A stretch of 64,000 nucleotides of DNA from a virus, in IMG/VR virus record IMGVR_UViG_3300045912_000261, positions 32,001 through 96,000 of that record; one strand, 5' to 3'. The notes under the pieces are model-generated. The model did not search any database. It was given only the letters and a program-made list of their open reading frames with translations, and was not told where the DNA came from. Positions 34,314 to 44,914 of this stretch are shown here, one piece after another; positions within the stretch are counted from its first letter, which is position 1; every line of letters begins with the position of its first letter. A program made the translations under genes and the position numbers.

Positions 34314-35215
34314 TACAGATCAGGCCTCACAGGAGTACTGTTAGCTAGCCTAATTGGTGGACGCGGACGAGTACCTGAAGGGGGCGTGCGGCTCACCGGA
34401 GGCTTAGGCTTAGTTTGCGTATCGGACGGCAGCTTGAGCACCTTGGGTTGACCGCTCTTGTCCTTCGGAACAGCTGGTCCCTTGATCTTGTTCAACTTGG
34501 CGATATCCTTCCACCGGCCGGCATCACCATACCAGCGGATGGCGACATCCCTAAGGTCCTCTCCTGCCTTCGGACGATACGTCTTAGGCAGTTTGAAGAA
34601 GCGGGTCCCGCCACGGCGGCGAATGGCTTGAGGCTCGTACTCGCCGAAGACGATGTCGAACAGGCGATCCCCCGGCCTTCCTGCGGCTTCAGACCACGAG
34701 AAGTTTAGGATCCGGGCAGGCATCTTCAGGATGTTGCTGACGCTGTTGCGGTCACCTACGATGGTGAAACCTACGGAAGCAACGTCCGTGCCCGTAATGA
34801 GCCAGAAAATGTCATTGTTGTCCCTCAAGGTCTCCAGAACCTGGCACGCGAACTGGGGCGAGTTGTAGTCCTGCATCGTTCTAAGGCCCTGGCACAGGCG
34901 GGCCAACCCCTCGAACGAGCGATACTCGTCTGAGGGGAAGAAGCTGGAGAAGGTGACCTCCCGGAGAGGTGGGCCCACGGGATGCGCTGCAATACCCGCG
35001 CCAACAAGCTGCACCTCATTCCACAGGCCTGCGCCTGAGACCGTATACTCCTGTGGAGCAACCGGGAACCAGAAGCCACGCTCCTCCAGCTGTGGTGAGC
35101 GGGTCACCTCCTCGATACGGCGCAGGTAAATTGCACGGGCCTTACCCCGAGGGGTGGGGTCCCTAACAAGGGCTGTGCCTTGCGCTCCGGCGTTGATAGC
35201 TAGCTCAAGGGGCAT
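34313..35215 (-). CDS. Tail tube initiator (XkdP-like) with a LysM domain
   Basis: FPVAP, TFSSFFP, and LysM Y..KAGEDL.D.A..WYGD...W..IA.LN.I. Confidence 0.8.
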   Translation of the reverse strand: MPLELAINAGAQGTALVRDPTPRGKARAIYLRRIEEVTRSPQLEERGFWFPVAPQEYTVSGAGLWNEVQLVGAGIAAHPVGPPLREVTFSSFFPSDEYRSFEGLARLCQGLRTMQDYNSPQFACQVLETLRDNNDIFWLITGTDVASVGFTIVGDRNSVSNILKMPARILNFSWSEAAGRPGDRLFDIVFGEYEPQAIRRRGGTRFFKLPKTYRPKAGEDLRDVAIRWYGDAGRWKDIAKLNKIKGPAVPKDKSGQPKVLKLPSDTQTKPKPPVSRTPPSGTRPRPPIRLANSTPVRPDL

Positions 35216-35218
35216 GGG

Positions 35219-38194
35219 CTAGGTGTACATCCCTGCGATGTCTTCCGCGGGAAGCTGGAAGCGCATCTTGTTAATCTCCCTCTCGAGCTCCTTGAAGAAC
35301 TGCTCAGGATCGTTGGTGTAGATGTTCACGGTAGCAATGTTGACGTTGGTGCCTCGGGGGGAGCGAGAGCCCTCAGTTCCACTCCCCCTTCGGCCATGCG
35401 TGGTCGGGGTCAGGACGGCCCCTCTAGAGGGCTTAATGCCCCTCTGTGCGTAAGACCGAATTGCCTGCAGCAGCACTTCGGCCCCCTTGGGTGTCGGGCG
35501 ACTTAGCGGAACGATGGCCTCCGTACCATGCAGGAGGGCCCAGCTACCCGACATCGGTCCGTGGAAGATTCCCCCACTCTGGAAAACGTCGGCCCCTCTT
35601 CGCCTCCGCTCCTCCTGCTGGCGCCTTCGACGGGCCCTTCTAGCGCCTCCGGGAAGGGATCTGTCCAGGGCTTCGGCAGCGCCCCCTAAGGCTGCACCAA
35701 GAGTGCCCATTAGGGCCTGAGTGAGGATATCGGGGTTGAGCATCCCTTCGAAGCGCCTCATCAAGGCCTCTGCCAGCCTCATAGCTGATCCTTCAGGGGC
35801 CCTCTTGTTGCGCTCCATCTCCTCGGCGAAGTCGATCATCATCATGGCGGCAATGTTACGCGCCGACTCCGGCAGAAGCTTCAGCTGCTCAATCGCAGCC
35901 TGCTTAAGCCGAGCGGGGGTAACCTTTCCGAACTCCAACCTTTGGTTGAAGAGGGTAAGCGCAGTTTGAATGCCTCCGCCACGAATGGCCTTGAGGGTGT
36001 CCTCGTTGAGGTTGGGCCCGAAGGTTATAGGACTCATCTTACTGATGTCCCTACCCTCGCGGAGGAGCTCGTAGACCCTCTGCTCAGAGTTTCTCTGTCT
36101 CTCAAGGTCCTTCCGTCGGCCTCTCTCCATCAGCTCCCAGCCACCCCAGACACCCAACGCGAAGGCTGCAAGGGGTCCGGTCATTCCTCCAGGGATCTTC
36201 CTCATCGGACCCGGCATCTTTCCACCGGGAACTCCGGGAACTCCTCCCCCCGGGCCCATAGGAATAGTGAAAATAGGGTCTGATGCGCTACCCTTGGGGC
36301 GGCCCTCGAAGAACTTGCCGATACCAGGAATCTTGGAGAGAATGTTGACGCCGAAGGCCCGATTGGCGAAGACTGCGCCACCAGTAGCAGCAATTAGGAC
36401 CTTCTTCACCCAGTCGGGCAGGTTGTTAAAGCCCTCCAGGATCCTTGTGAAGGCGGAGGCTACGGCACCGATTGCAGGGGCGAAGATCTCGGATACGAAG
36501 ATGGCCAGCTCAGAGATGGCAGCGAGCATGCGAGGGAAGATTGGCCCCAGATGCTCAGTAAAGTTGCGGGCAACCTCGACAATGGCTGGCAGGACGCTGT
36601 TAGTGAGGGCATCCACAATGGGGTCGAGGAATGGATCCCCGATCTCAGCTAGCTCCATGATGGACTTAATTAGCCCCTCGAATAGCCTACCCAGAGCGCG
36701 CAGATGCGGAATTTGGTTGACGAACCCGATGCGCATATCCTGGGTGTTCATCCCCGAGATGCGGTCGAGCTGCCTCGCTAGCTCGTTCAGAATCCACGTT
36801 GCCAGCGGGGCTGCTGCGAACGTAACCTTGTTCCAGACATCCACGAGGGAAGTAAGGAAGTTCCAAATGGCCCGAAGGACCGGCCGCATCTGGTTAAAGG
36901 CCGACGTCCAGCCTCGCAGACCCTCATCAGAGGAGGCCGTTTCAGCCAAGCGGCCGAGCCACGAGTTGAGGCCTCGCAGGATCCATTGCGCCAGAGGCGT
37001 AGCCGCAATCATTACCCCCCGAAGCACGATGGCTAGCTTGCCGAAGGCTCTCGCAGTATCTTCGGCCAAATCGGGCATGGGAGCAAGCAGCCTCTGGTTG
37101 AGCTGGATCTCCCTGGGGTCGCGCATGAAGGAGATGAACGATCGACCAAGACGTTCGTTGACATTACCCATCTCGCGGATGAATGGCCCGTAGATGGGTA
37201 GTAGCTCTGCTGCGGCGTTCAAGGTGTCCGCAGTGAGCCTGATGATCTGTTCCCTCATTCCAGAGGTTTCCTGCTCCCACACGCGGCCCAGCTGCTTGAC
37301 AGCCCCAATAACAGCGTACTCCGAGGCCGTCAGCTTGGAGTTAGCCTCTTGGAGTTGCTTGAGCGCATCCCTGCGCTCCTGCGCCGTAGTGGCAGTATTG
37401 ACGGCCTCGGCGGCTGCCTGCACTGCCTGGTACTTTTCCTGGATGTCCGTGAGGGCAGGAATGCCTACCGCTGCAACGGCCGCGAACGCAAACCCAACCG
37501 CACCTAGGATGGGGAGCATAGCAGCTAAACCCGCGCCGAGGGCCGAGAGGACAGGGATGGCGGCCAGAACCGCCGCCGTCAAGGCCTCAACCGCAGTGGA
37601 CAGCTCAGCCAAGAGACCGGTCATGGCTACGACCACGAAGCCTGAGAAGCCTCCCAGGAAGCCTCTACGGCCCCGGAAGACCCTCAGGATGTCCCGGAAA
37701 GCCCCAATCGGCCCCCTTCCCCCTCCTCTACCACCACCGCGTCTATCGAAGCCCTCTGCCCCCACCGCCCCTCCAACTCCAGCACCAACCATAGCCGCGA
37801 GGTTAGCTTCTCTTCTCGCCCTCTCAGCTCCTGCCCTAGCCCGGAGGGAGGGGTCTAGCCGGGGTGTAAACTCTCCCGTGGTGGTGTCGACCACTCCACC
37901 CAAGCGCTCCGCCCGCCTGTGCAGAGACTGGTAGCGCTTCATAAGAGCTATCCGGGCCTTAGCCCAGCGTTCCTCCTCCTCCCTAGTTCTCTTAACCTCC
38001 TCCCGGTGCCTCCGGATCCTATCGGTAAGCTTCGCGAGGGACCCAGTAGCATCCCGATTAAGCTGGTCCATCATCTTCGTCTGCCTGTTGTTGCGCTCCA
38101 ACTCCCTTTCAAGGCGCGCAGCATTGTCCCGGATGCGCCCTAGCTGGCGCGACATCCGGTCGTGCAGGACGAAGAAGGCGTCTACTCGGGCCAC
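35219..38194 (-). CDS. Tape measure protein
   Basis: 991 aa, helical and hydrophobic, located after the tail chaperones. Confidence 0.88.
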   Translation of the reverse strand: MARVDAFFVLHDRMSRQLGRIRDNAARLERELERNNRQTKMMDQLNRDATGSLAKLTDRIRRHREEVKRTREEEERWAKARIALMKRYQSLHRRAERLGGVVDTTTGEFTPRLDPSLRARAGAERARREANLAAMVGAGVGGAVGAEGFDRRGGGRGGGRGPIGAFRDILRVFRGRRGFLGGFSGFVVVAMTGLLAELSTAVEALTAAVLAAIPVLSALGAGLAAMLPILGAVGFAFAAVAAVGIPALTDIQEKYQAVQAAAEAVNTATTAQERRDALKQLQEANSKLTASEYAVIGAVKQLGRVWEQETSGMREQIIRLTADTLNAAAELLPIYGPFIREMGNVNERLGRSFISFMRDPREIQLNQRLLAPMPDLAEDTARAFGKLAIVLRGVMIAATPLAQWILRGLNSWLGRLAETASSDEGLRGWTSAFNQMRPVLRAIWNFLTSLVDVWNKVTFAAAPLATWILNELARQLDRISGMNTQDMRIGFVNQIPHLRALGRLFEGLIKSIMELAEIGDPFLDPIVDALTNSVLPAIVEVARNFTEHLGPIFPRMLAAISELAIFVSEIFAPAIGAVASAFTRILEGFNNLPDWVKKVLIAATGGAVFANRAFGVNILSKIPGIGKFFEGRPKGSASDPIFTIPMGPGGGVPGVPGGKMPGPMRKIPGGMTGPLAAFALGVWGGWELMERGRRKDLERQRNSEQRVYELLREGRDISKMSPITFGPNLNEDTLKAIRGGGIQTALTLFNQRLEFGKVTPARLKQAAIEQLKLLPESARNIAAMMMIDFAEEMERNKRAPEGSAMRLAEALMRRFEGMLNPDILTQALMGTLGAALGGAAEALDRSLPGGARRARRRRQQEERRRRGADVFQSGGIFHGPMSGSWALLHGTEAIVPLSRPTPKGAEVLLQAIRSYAQRGIKPSRGAVLTPTTHGRRGSGTEGSRSPRGTNVNIATVNIYTNDPEQFFKELEREINKMRFQLPAEDIAGMYT

Positions 38195-38918
38195 TAGACC
38201 CTCTGGGCGTCTTCCTCAGCCTTAATTTCGGCGCAAGCTGAAATGAAGGCTCGAGTCTTATGGGGGTTAGGCGGGGGAGGGATCCGCCACTGACCGGATC
38301 CCTCAGGCCACTCGCGCTCCTTGCCCATGTTGTAGAACTGGTACAAGTCTACATACCCCGCCCGGAACACGTTGTAAAGAGCGGTCGCAATTCCTGGACC
38401 GCTCTTTACGAGTTTTTTACTACTGTCACCGCGTCGTCGCCGCCACCGGAGAGATCCATGACGATCTCAGCTACGGAGCTCAGTTCCAGAGGCTTGAACT
38501 TCTCCATGAGGAAATCCGCTAGACTACGGTGCCCCACGTGCTTGGTGAAGTCGGGCTCCACGAGGGCTGCCGCAACAATGTGCGCCGACATCTCCGTAAG
38601 GCGACGGTTGGGCCTCGAGTTGTCCCTCAGACGCCTCCGGCCAGCCCTGCTCCCGAGGGAAGAGTCGTCGAACATCTCGAAGATGTCACCCAACTCCCTC
38701 TCTGAAAGCTCCCTGACCGTGAGGTGGAAGGGACGCCCGAGACGCTGGGTCCAGGAACGGATCTCCACCGTCTCGGTGTCAACTGCTGCTGCGTCCGCGC
38801 TGAGGAAGGCATCCACGATGTCCTTCTCGTCTTCGGGCGTCATGCCCGCACCAACCGTAATCCCAGGATCCTCCTCCTGGGGGCCGGCATCCTCTGGAAC
38901 GTGTGAAACAACCGACAT
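38194..38918 (-). CDS. Tail assembly chaperone (38406-38918) and its -1 frameshift extension ending at TAG 38194-38196
   Basis: A-AAA-AAC slippery heptamer (38418-38412) just before the stop. The -1 frame reads KLVKSGPG...KTRAFISACAEIKAEEDAQRV* and couples (TAGTG) to the tape measure start. Confidence 0.85.
38374..38418 (-). promoter_or_regulatory. Programmed -1 ribosomal frameshift signal with a stimulatory hairpin
   Basis: Perfect 13-bp inverted repeat GTAAAGAGCGGTC / GACCGCTCTTTAC (38374-38409) directly 3' of the slippery site. Confidence 0.85.
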
Positions 38919-39086
38919 GTGAGGGCTCCTTCGTACTGCTTGTGTGGAACAGGACTCCCCGGAATGGCCGAAGCCGGCATTTTTTTTTGGGGAGGAAACA
39001 CCCTCCGTGCGGGCCGCGGAGCGAGGTCGCAGGACCAGGCTCCGGTGAGGCCGTCACTTCAGAGTGTCATGCCTATCACTCGCTTG

Positions 39087-39551
39087 TTACGGGGCTGGGA
39101 TCCTGGCGCCCGGCTCGACACCTTCGAACGAGAAGGGCCACTCCCGCCCGACCAGGTCGGTAAGCTGGAAACCACCAGTGTACGACCAGAACAGAACGTC
39201 CAGGAGGGTCTCTGTCTCTCGCCCATGTGCGTGAGGGCTGTCCAGGGCCACCAGAAGGTTCAGAGGCGGCCTAGGATCGATGCCGGCATCGCGCATGGCC
39301 CGAAGCTGCTGCGGCGTCGTAGCCACGTAGTTCAGGAACGTATCCTCCCAACGGGAATACACCTTGTGCATCCGTAGGGTGCCTGTGCCGGTAATGATCC
39401 CTTCCGTAAAGGTGTTCCACCGGGTTCCAACCTGGGGTACGTCTACCCTCTCGATTTCGATCGAGTACTCAATGCCCGTCACCTCAGCGAGGATCTGGCC
39501 ATCGCGGTAAACTTCACCCCATCTCCCGTGGACGACTTTCACCCTTGGCAT
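39087..39551 (-). CDS. Tail tube protein (XkdM-like)
   Basis: G.WGEVY.DG..LAEV, GTGTL..HKVYS and PFSFE motifs. Follows the sheath gene. Confidence 0.88.
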   Translation of the reverse strand: MPRVKVVHGRWGEVYRDGQILAEVTGIEYSIEIERVDVPQVGTRWNTFTEGIITGTGTLRMHKVYSRWEDTFLNYVATTPQQLRAMRDAGIDPRPPLNLLVALDSPHAHGRETETLLDVLFWSYTGGFQLTDLVGREWPFSFEGVEPGARIPAP

Positions 39552-39568
39552 ACTCTATGCTCCTTCCC

Positions 39569-41017
39569 TTATGCTGCCGGGATGCTTACGCGGCCAAGGA
39601 TTTGTTCGATGCCCGGCGCAGGCTTGTACGAGAACAGGATGTAGAGCGTCTCGCCCGTGTTGTCCTGTGCGGGGTCGTAAACCACGGTTGCCCCTGGGAC
39701 GGTAACGTCGGCCTCTTCGAGGGCCTTCAGCTCGCCTCGGAACATCGCCAGGATGCTGTCGCGGCCGGACGGGGTGTTCGAGATCGGCTGCCCGATGATC
39801 CGCTCCTGTACTAGGAGATCGAACCTACGGAAGGTGTGGTGCAGCCTCCGCATGAACAGAAGGCTGTCGAACTTACCCTTGTTGGGATCCGTTGCTGACG
39901 TAGCCTGGTAGGTTGTCTTGCCACGCTGTAGGCGCACGATGCCGGAGTCGTTGACGATCGGCACGACGCCCCCGCGCACCATGGACTCAACCTCAGTCAC
40001 GGACGGAGGAGAGGCTAGCTGTACGCCCTCAAGGCGAGCACCCGAGATCGAGCGGTACTGAGCCGCCGCGGAAATGATCCCCGCGATCCGGGCAGCCATC
40101 CTTGCGGAGTTGTAAGGCAGGCCGTCGACAGTGACGTCCCCGTGGATAGCAACAACGTACTCAGAGGCCAGTGCGGTCGCTCGGGTAATGGCCGCAGCCG
40201 AAGTCTCAGACGTAGGACCACCGATCACCATGTGGAACAACTTGCCCTCAGAGTTCAGGCGCTTGGTCCACTCGACGTAGGCCGTACGGATGGCGCCCGT
40301 GTCGTCAGGCAGGTCGTCCACTGCGAAAGTGTCGAAGCCGCCGTAGGCCTCGAACGCATCCATCGCAGCCGTGTGGTCCCCAGCTACGAGGGAAGTTCCT
40401 GAGTTACCGCCCGTAAGAGCCTGGTTGGTGACTACCGCGAGCGCCACACCATCAATGAGCACCGCCGCGTCGACGAACTGGGACCGCGCGTTAATCGAAG
40501 CCGCGAATCCCGCAATGTTCGCCTTCGTGTCCGTGAAAGTCTCCCTAAGGGTAGTACCTTCCAGAATGAGGATGTCATTCTTAGTTGCGTCTCCTGGTGT
40601 CTCACGGACAGTCACACGCAGGTTGTTGCCCCGAGTGCCCTTGTATGCCGCCGTCAGGGTAAGGGCGGCCGCTGGTGTGGTGTTGTTGAGCGTAATCGCC
40701 GCTTTCGCACCCGCGGACCCCACCGCCCGGTATGCCAGAACCGTGGAGGCTCCGTTGCGCTCGGCTGTCCCCTCTCCCTCAAGTGCCTGAGTGATGGTGA
40801 AGTGCGCTGTTGAAGTGCTGCCATAGGTGGCCAGGGCCTGAGACTCAGTTCCAATCTCGACGATTGAGTTGTCAGGACCCCAGTCTGCCTTGACTACTAC
40901 TGCCGCAACCCCCCTAGATACGTCTCGCGTCTTGGGGAGGGCTGCGACCTCGACGTTGATGAAGACTCCGCCTCTCTGAGGCGGGTCTGTGACGTTGTAA
41001 CTACCTCCGAATGCCAT
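39569..41017 (-). CDS. Tail sheath protein
   Basis: RGGVFIN, ADWGP, AAYKGTRGN.L.V, LTGG and NT..GR motifs. Confidence 0.92.
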   Translation of the reverse strand: MAFGGSYNVTDPPQRGGVFINVEVAALPKTRDVSRGVAAVVVKADWGPDNSIVEIGTESQALATYGSTSTAHFTITQALEGEGTAERNGASTVLAYRAVGSAGAKAAITLNNTTPAAALTLTAAYKGTRGNNLRVTVRETPGDATKNDILILEGTTLRETFTDTKANIAGFAASINARSQFVDAAVLIDGVALAVVTNQALTGGNSGTSLVAGDHTAAMDAFEAYGGFDTFAVDDLPDDTGAIRTAYVEWTKRLNSEGKLFHMVIGGPTSETSAAAITRATALASEYVVAIHGDVTVDGLPYNSARMAARIAGIISAAAQYRSISGARLEGVQLASPPSVTEVESMVRGGVVPIVNDSGIVRLQRGKTTYQATSATDPNKGKFDSLLFMRRLHHTFRRFDLLVQERIIGQPISNTPSGRDSILAMFRGELKALEEADVTVPGATVVYDPAQDNTGETLYILFSYKPAPGIEQILGRVSIPAA

Positions 41018-41028
41018 CTATCCGCCTC

Positions 41029-41298
41029 CTAGCTAACTTCGCGGGAGAGGAAGTCTTCAACAGCCCTCTTAGCCTCTTCGCGAGTGCACTCAGAGACCCC
41101 TAGAAGAGCCGCGTGTACAATCTCAGGCTTGGTGCCTAGAGCCGCGAACGAGTTCTCTGCCCACACGCTCGAGGACTGCATGTTGGGGGCCTCGAAGGTC
41201 GTGGGCTCGGGCGCAGATGCCTCCTCCTGCTTCTCAACAGCCTCCTCCTGGGACGACTGCGACTGAGGTGCTGCCTTCTTGGTGCTCTTCTGCTCCAT
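41029..41298 (-). CDS. Small tail-associated protein
   Basis: C-terminal EEAK..VE.FL.REV as in small genes that precede sheath genes. Confidence 0.6.
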   Translation of the reverse strand: MEQKSTKKAAPQSQSSQEEAVEKQEEASAPEPTTFEAPNMQSSSVWAENSFAALGTKPEIVHAALLGVSECTREEAKRAVEDFLSREVS

Positions 41299-41307
41299 TG
41301 GTACCTT

Positions 41308-41838
41308 CTACGGTAGAGTGTGCGTGTACTCGACGTCAGTAACAAAGGGAGGCAGCGGAAACTCAGGACTACGTTCAACCGTGTAAGTAAGATCCACGGC
41401 GATGGTCCACAACCCGTACTCGTCCCTTCGAGGCTGCACGCTAACGGACTCGCTGTTGATGAAGATCCAGTGGTCCGTGTCCACCGGTGCGTCAGGATCA
41501 CTGAAGTCGTAGATCTTTACTAGACCACGCAGCCTCTCATCGTTCCTGACCAATACTCTCGACAGCCATGTGGCCGCCTTATTCTTCTCGTAGTGCGTGT
41601 CCGCTGCTGTGGGCGAGCCGTACCACATCAAGCTGACAGAACGTTCCTCCCAGTAGTGGTACGGTCCATCATCCTGAATGCCCATAGTCAGAACGGACAA
41701 ATGGATCATCGGTCTCTCGAAAGCCCCCTCATCCTCACGGATCCGGACTTCCTCAGGACACTCCGGGTGGGTGCGGAGCCAGAGGCTAAAGCTCTCCAGC
41801 TCGTGCTCGACGCCATCTAGCGGGTACGGTCGGATCAC
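41308..41838 (-). CDS. Tail completion/terminator protein
   Basis: Position between neck and sheath genes. Confidence 0.6.
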   Translation of the reverse strand: MIRPYPLDGVEHELESFSLWLRTHPECPEEVRIREDEGAFERPMIHLSVLTMGIQDDGPYHYWEERSVSLMWYGSPTAADTHYEKNKAATWLSRVLVRNDERLRGLVKIYDFSDPDAPVDTDHWIFINSESVSVQPRRDEYGLWTIAVDLTYTVERSPEFPLPPFVTDVEYTHTLP

Positions 41839-42299
41839 AGGCGGCTAATTACCTTCCAGCGGTAGAACATACCTTCCATCCGCCCTCGGAGGGTTCGCTC
41901 GAAGTTGCGAGCTCCGCGGGCAAACATTTTCACAGGAGCGGTTCCAGGGTGCTGTACGTTATCGTAGAAGACAACTTGCCCCTTTCGTCCCCAGTAAAAC
42001 TTGAGGGCCTTCTTTCCAGTTCCATGCTTGATCTGGTGGGGCCGAGTACCGTCCTCAACGAAGCTTGCGTAGGGGAGCTCGCTCTTCGCACCTCCCCGCC
42101 AAGTTCGAAGACGGATTCTCTGAGTCCTGATGGGCTCGATGGAGTCCCACAAGCGGCCAGTCTTGACAGGGGTCACCCGCCGGATATGCTGTACGAGCTC
42201 CTCAGACTCTTCCTCTGTGAGCCTACGCATAAAGAAGGGAAGGTGAAAGAGACCAAGGTCAATGGAACGGACGACTGATCCCCGAACGTAAACAGGCAT
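41835..42299 (-). CDS. HK97 gp10-like neck protein
   Basis: TPVKTGRL..SI, YASFVEDGT.PH and V.HPGT motifs. Confidence 0.85.
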   Translation of the reverse strand: MPVYVRGSVVRSIDLGLFHLPFFMRRLTEEESEELVQHIRRVTPVKTGRLWDSIEPIRTQRIRLRTWRGGAKSELPYASFVEDGTRPHQIKHGTGKKALKFYWGRKGQVVFYDNVQHPGTAPVKMFARGARNFERTLRGRMEGMFYRWKVISRL

Positions 42300-42703
42300 C
42301 AGTGCTCCTCCAGCTTCCTCAGGGGAACAACCTGGAGGAGCTCCCTCTTGAGGTTCCGAGGCCTCTGAACTACTCCCACGACCTCGAAAGTTGCGTAGGG
42401 GACGAAGGTGCTAGAGCCCCTGTTGCCTCTTTCAACCGTGACCGTATCGGCGGCTGTGAACTCGAGGGGAACGTCATTGACGTCATCAAGCGCACAGATC
42501 ATGGTGTGCGTGATCTCGAGTTCTTTACGCATGGCCCTTCCTACCTCAGAAGCGTTCGCCGGATCGATCCGACAGCGAAAGTATGGAGTCATCGTGGGGA
42601 CGATTTGTGTCTCGCCCCTAATGCGTGGACCCTTTACTCTCCGGGTTGCTCTTGCCCTATCCGTGAAGACCTTCCGGATGTTAGGCGGGGTACGCTGGGG
42701 CAT
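42299..42703 (-). CDS. Head closure protein
   Basis: Synteny and size. Confidence 0.55.
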   Translation of the reverse strand: MPQRTPPNIRKVFTDRARATRRVKGPRIRGETQIVPTMTPYFRCRIDPANASEVGRAMRKELEITHTMICALDDVNDVPLEFTAADTVTVERGNRGSSTFVPYATFEVVGVVQRPRNLKRELLQVVPLRKLEEH

Positions 42704-43236
42704 TACGGCCCCGGATTACGGTAAGGTAGGGAGAACCAATCAAACTCGGTAACTGCCGAAGCAGGAGGCTCCTCTGAAGAGCCTCTGACGTCCGCAAGCC
42801 ACTTCTCCCAACACTCGGGAGTGATAAGTAGGTAGAGCAGGTCGTGCAGTGCAGGAAGCGGGTTGAGCAGCTGGCGCTCTTCGATCTTCGCCGCTCGATC
42901 GTACTTAGTCTCCGAGTATCCTGGAACGGAGAACGAACGGACGAGGTCCGCCAAGGCTTCGTCGGAGTAGTCGGTGCTCTCGTGGATGACCTGTTGGACT
43001 AGGCGAAGGAGGACAGCTCTCCTGGCAAGGATTACATCAGCCTCGTTGGCGGGATCCGCAGCATTGAGTGCATCGAAGTCCCTACAGGTCCTCTTCTCTA
43101 CATAGTTCCAAGCTAAGGTAAGCTCTTCCTGCAGAGCTGTATCAGGGGCAGGTGAAGGGTCCGGAAATCCGTTAGCCACAAGGAACGGATTGATCCTTGG
43201 ATTGGCCCTGACCTCCGCTGGGGTGATTCTGTCCAT
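42703..43236 (-). CDS. Head-tail adaptor protein
   Basis: A..YVE..T.R.F and SFSVPGYSET motifs, plus synteny. Confidence 0.65.
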   Translation of the reverse strand: MDRITPAEVRANPRINPFLVANGFPDPSPAPDTALQEELTLAWNYVEKRTCRDFDALNAADPANEADVILARRAVLLRLVQQVIHESTDYSDEALADLVRSFSVPGYSETKYDRAAKIEERQLLNPLPALHDLLYLLITPECWEKWLADVRGSSEEPPASAVTEFDWFSLPYRNPGP

Positions 43237-43294
43237 TACTTGAGGCGGTGGATTGGCCCCTCACACAGTGTGCTAGGAGCCATTCCTTACCGTC

Positions 43295-43822
43295 CTACGA
43301 CTCCTGGGCAGCTTTGCGCTCTGCAACCTGCCGCTCGTACTCCTCGTCGGTCATCTGCGCACGTCCCTTCTCACCGATCGCGGGCACGTGATCGACCTCG
43401 AGGTCATGCTCTACTACGACCTTCTTCCCGTTATCGGTCAGGACGCCAACAAGATAGGGCCCTCGGACTGAGTAGTCCATCAGGTCGTCTGGGTTAAAGT
43501 CGTCCCCCAGTTCCTTCTTGAAGTACGCCTTGGCCTTACTGGGCTTCAGCTTGTCAGTGGCTTCATCAATCCGGGCGTACTGCTGAGCCAGCTCCAACTT
43601 CGTCGGGCCCGTAGGCTCTTCAGGAGCTGAGGCTGGCTCCGCAGACATCTTAGCCACAGCCTCCTCGAGGACGTCGAGGCGCTTCAGCAGAGACTGCTCG
43701 CGGGCTGCTGAAGTTGGACCCGCGGCAGGAGCAGGAGCCTGCGACGGCGTGGCTGGTGCTTCTTTCGAAGACGCCTGCTTCTGCTGCGCTGGAGCCTGCT
43801 GAGGGCTCTTCTGCTCTGGCAT
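43295..43822 (-). CDS. Hypothetical protein after the capsid gene
   Basis: GGAGGT RBS and a low-complexity N-terminus. Confidence 0.7.
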   Translation of the reverse strand: MPEQKSPQQAPAQQKQASSKEAPATPSQAPAPAAGPTSAAREQSLLKRLDVLEEAVAKMSAEPASAPEEPTGPTKLELAQQYARIDEATDKLKPSKAKAYFKKELGDDFNPDDLMDYSVRGPYLVGVLTDNGKKVVVEHDLEVDHVPAIGEKGRAQMTDEEYERQVAERKAAQES

Positions 43823-43834
43823 TTACTACCTCCG

Positions 43835-44878
43835 TTACGCGACTGCGGCCTTAAACGCGGACCTCCACTCCCACATCTTGACGGCCCAGAAGTGCCGGAT
43901 CTTCCACCAGATCTCGTCGTACTCGAAGGTGTACGGGTTGTGCTGCATCCCGCCCATGAGCAGACGAATGTGGGGGTCGCGGAGGTACACACTGGGGTTC
44001 TCCATCCCGTTGAGGAAGGCGACCACCATCGGAGCGCGCCCCTGCATCGGGTCGGTGAACAGGTACCAGTCGTTCGCGTCCGTAAGGTACGGCTCGACGA
44101 CTACGTCGACAGCACCGCGGACGGCGTTCCAAGAGGTGAGCCCAGTGCCCGGCTGGTAGATTGGCGCGTCCGAAACGATCCGGCGAGCCGTAAACTCCAG
44201 CTGCGGGGGAACAACTAGGGTCTTGGGGCGAACCCCAATCCGCCTGCCGTCCGAGTCCGTCTGGGTCTTCATGGTTGTCAGGGCAGAGGCGAGGGAAGCC
44301 TCAGACAGCGCAGTGCTACCCAGGTTGTTGTGCGTTGCGTGGAAGAATGCCACGCCATCGTACGCGTTCCCCGGGTTCTCGAGAGTGTTCTGCACGATGT
44401 CGATGGACAGCGTCATGGCTGCCGCCTCGGCCATCATGCTCGGGACCTCCCGGAACTTCATCAGGTCATCGTTCGTGATGGTCTCGAACGTGAGGGAGAA
44501 CGTACGACCGAACTTCTTGAGCTGGATCTTGGGCCCAGCAATCTCGGTCACCTGCGCGTCGTGGTACTCACCACCCTCGCGCACCTGAAGAAGCTCGGGG
44601 AACCCTGAAAGGCTCACCCACGAGACTTCCTTGAAGTCGCGAACCGTGAACGGCCGGACAAAGGCCTTGTACTCAGATGTCCACCGGGTGTACCGGTCCA
44701 TGAACATCTTGTTGACCTTGTCGTCCAGGTACGTGGGGAAGTCGGTAGTAGCACCAGACTCCCGAAGCTCCTGAGCCTCAGGGGAATGGAGCCACTCCTT
44801 GTAACCCTCGTACAGGAGGACAGAGTGTCCGATCTCGCCGTAGTCCTCGACTCCCGGGAGTCCGAACAGCTGACTCAT
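43835..44878 (-). CDS. Major capsid protein (Mu gpT-like HK97 fold)
   Basis: TTDFP, DFK, EGGEY, FGR.F.LT.E.I.NDDL, DG..FFH.TH.NL, P..LVVPP.L. Confidence 0.92.
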   Translation of the reverse strand: MSQLFGLPGVEDYGEIGHSVLLYEGYKEWLHSPEAQELRESGATTDFPTYLDDKVNKMFMDRYTRWTSEYKAFVRPFTVRDFKEVSWVSLSGFPELLQVREGGEYHDAQVTEIAGPKIQLKKFGRTFSLTFETITNDDLMKFREVPSMMAEAAAMTLSIDIVQNTLENPGNAYDGVAFFHATHNNLGSTALSEASLASALTTMKTQTDSDGRRIGVRPKTLVVPPQLEFTARRIVSDAPIYQPGTGLTSWNAVRGAVDVVVEPYLTDANDWYLFTDPMQGRAPMVVAFLNGMENPSVYLRDPHIRLLMGGMQHNPYTFEYDEIWWKIRHFWAVKMWEWRSAFKAAVA

Positions 44879-44914
44879 TTGCCTTACTCCTCTAGTTGCT
44901 GGTCGTGGACTACG

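Noticed and set aside
38962-38988. Terminator ending in a T9 run
   Set aside because: The T-run is on the + strand while local genes are on the - strand, and the stem is imperfect. It could stop antisense transcription, but support is weak.
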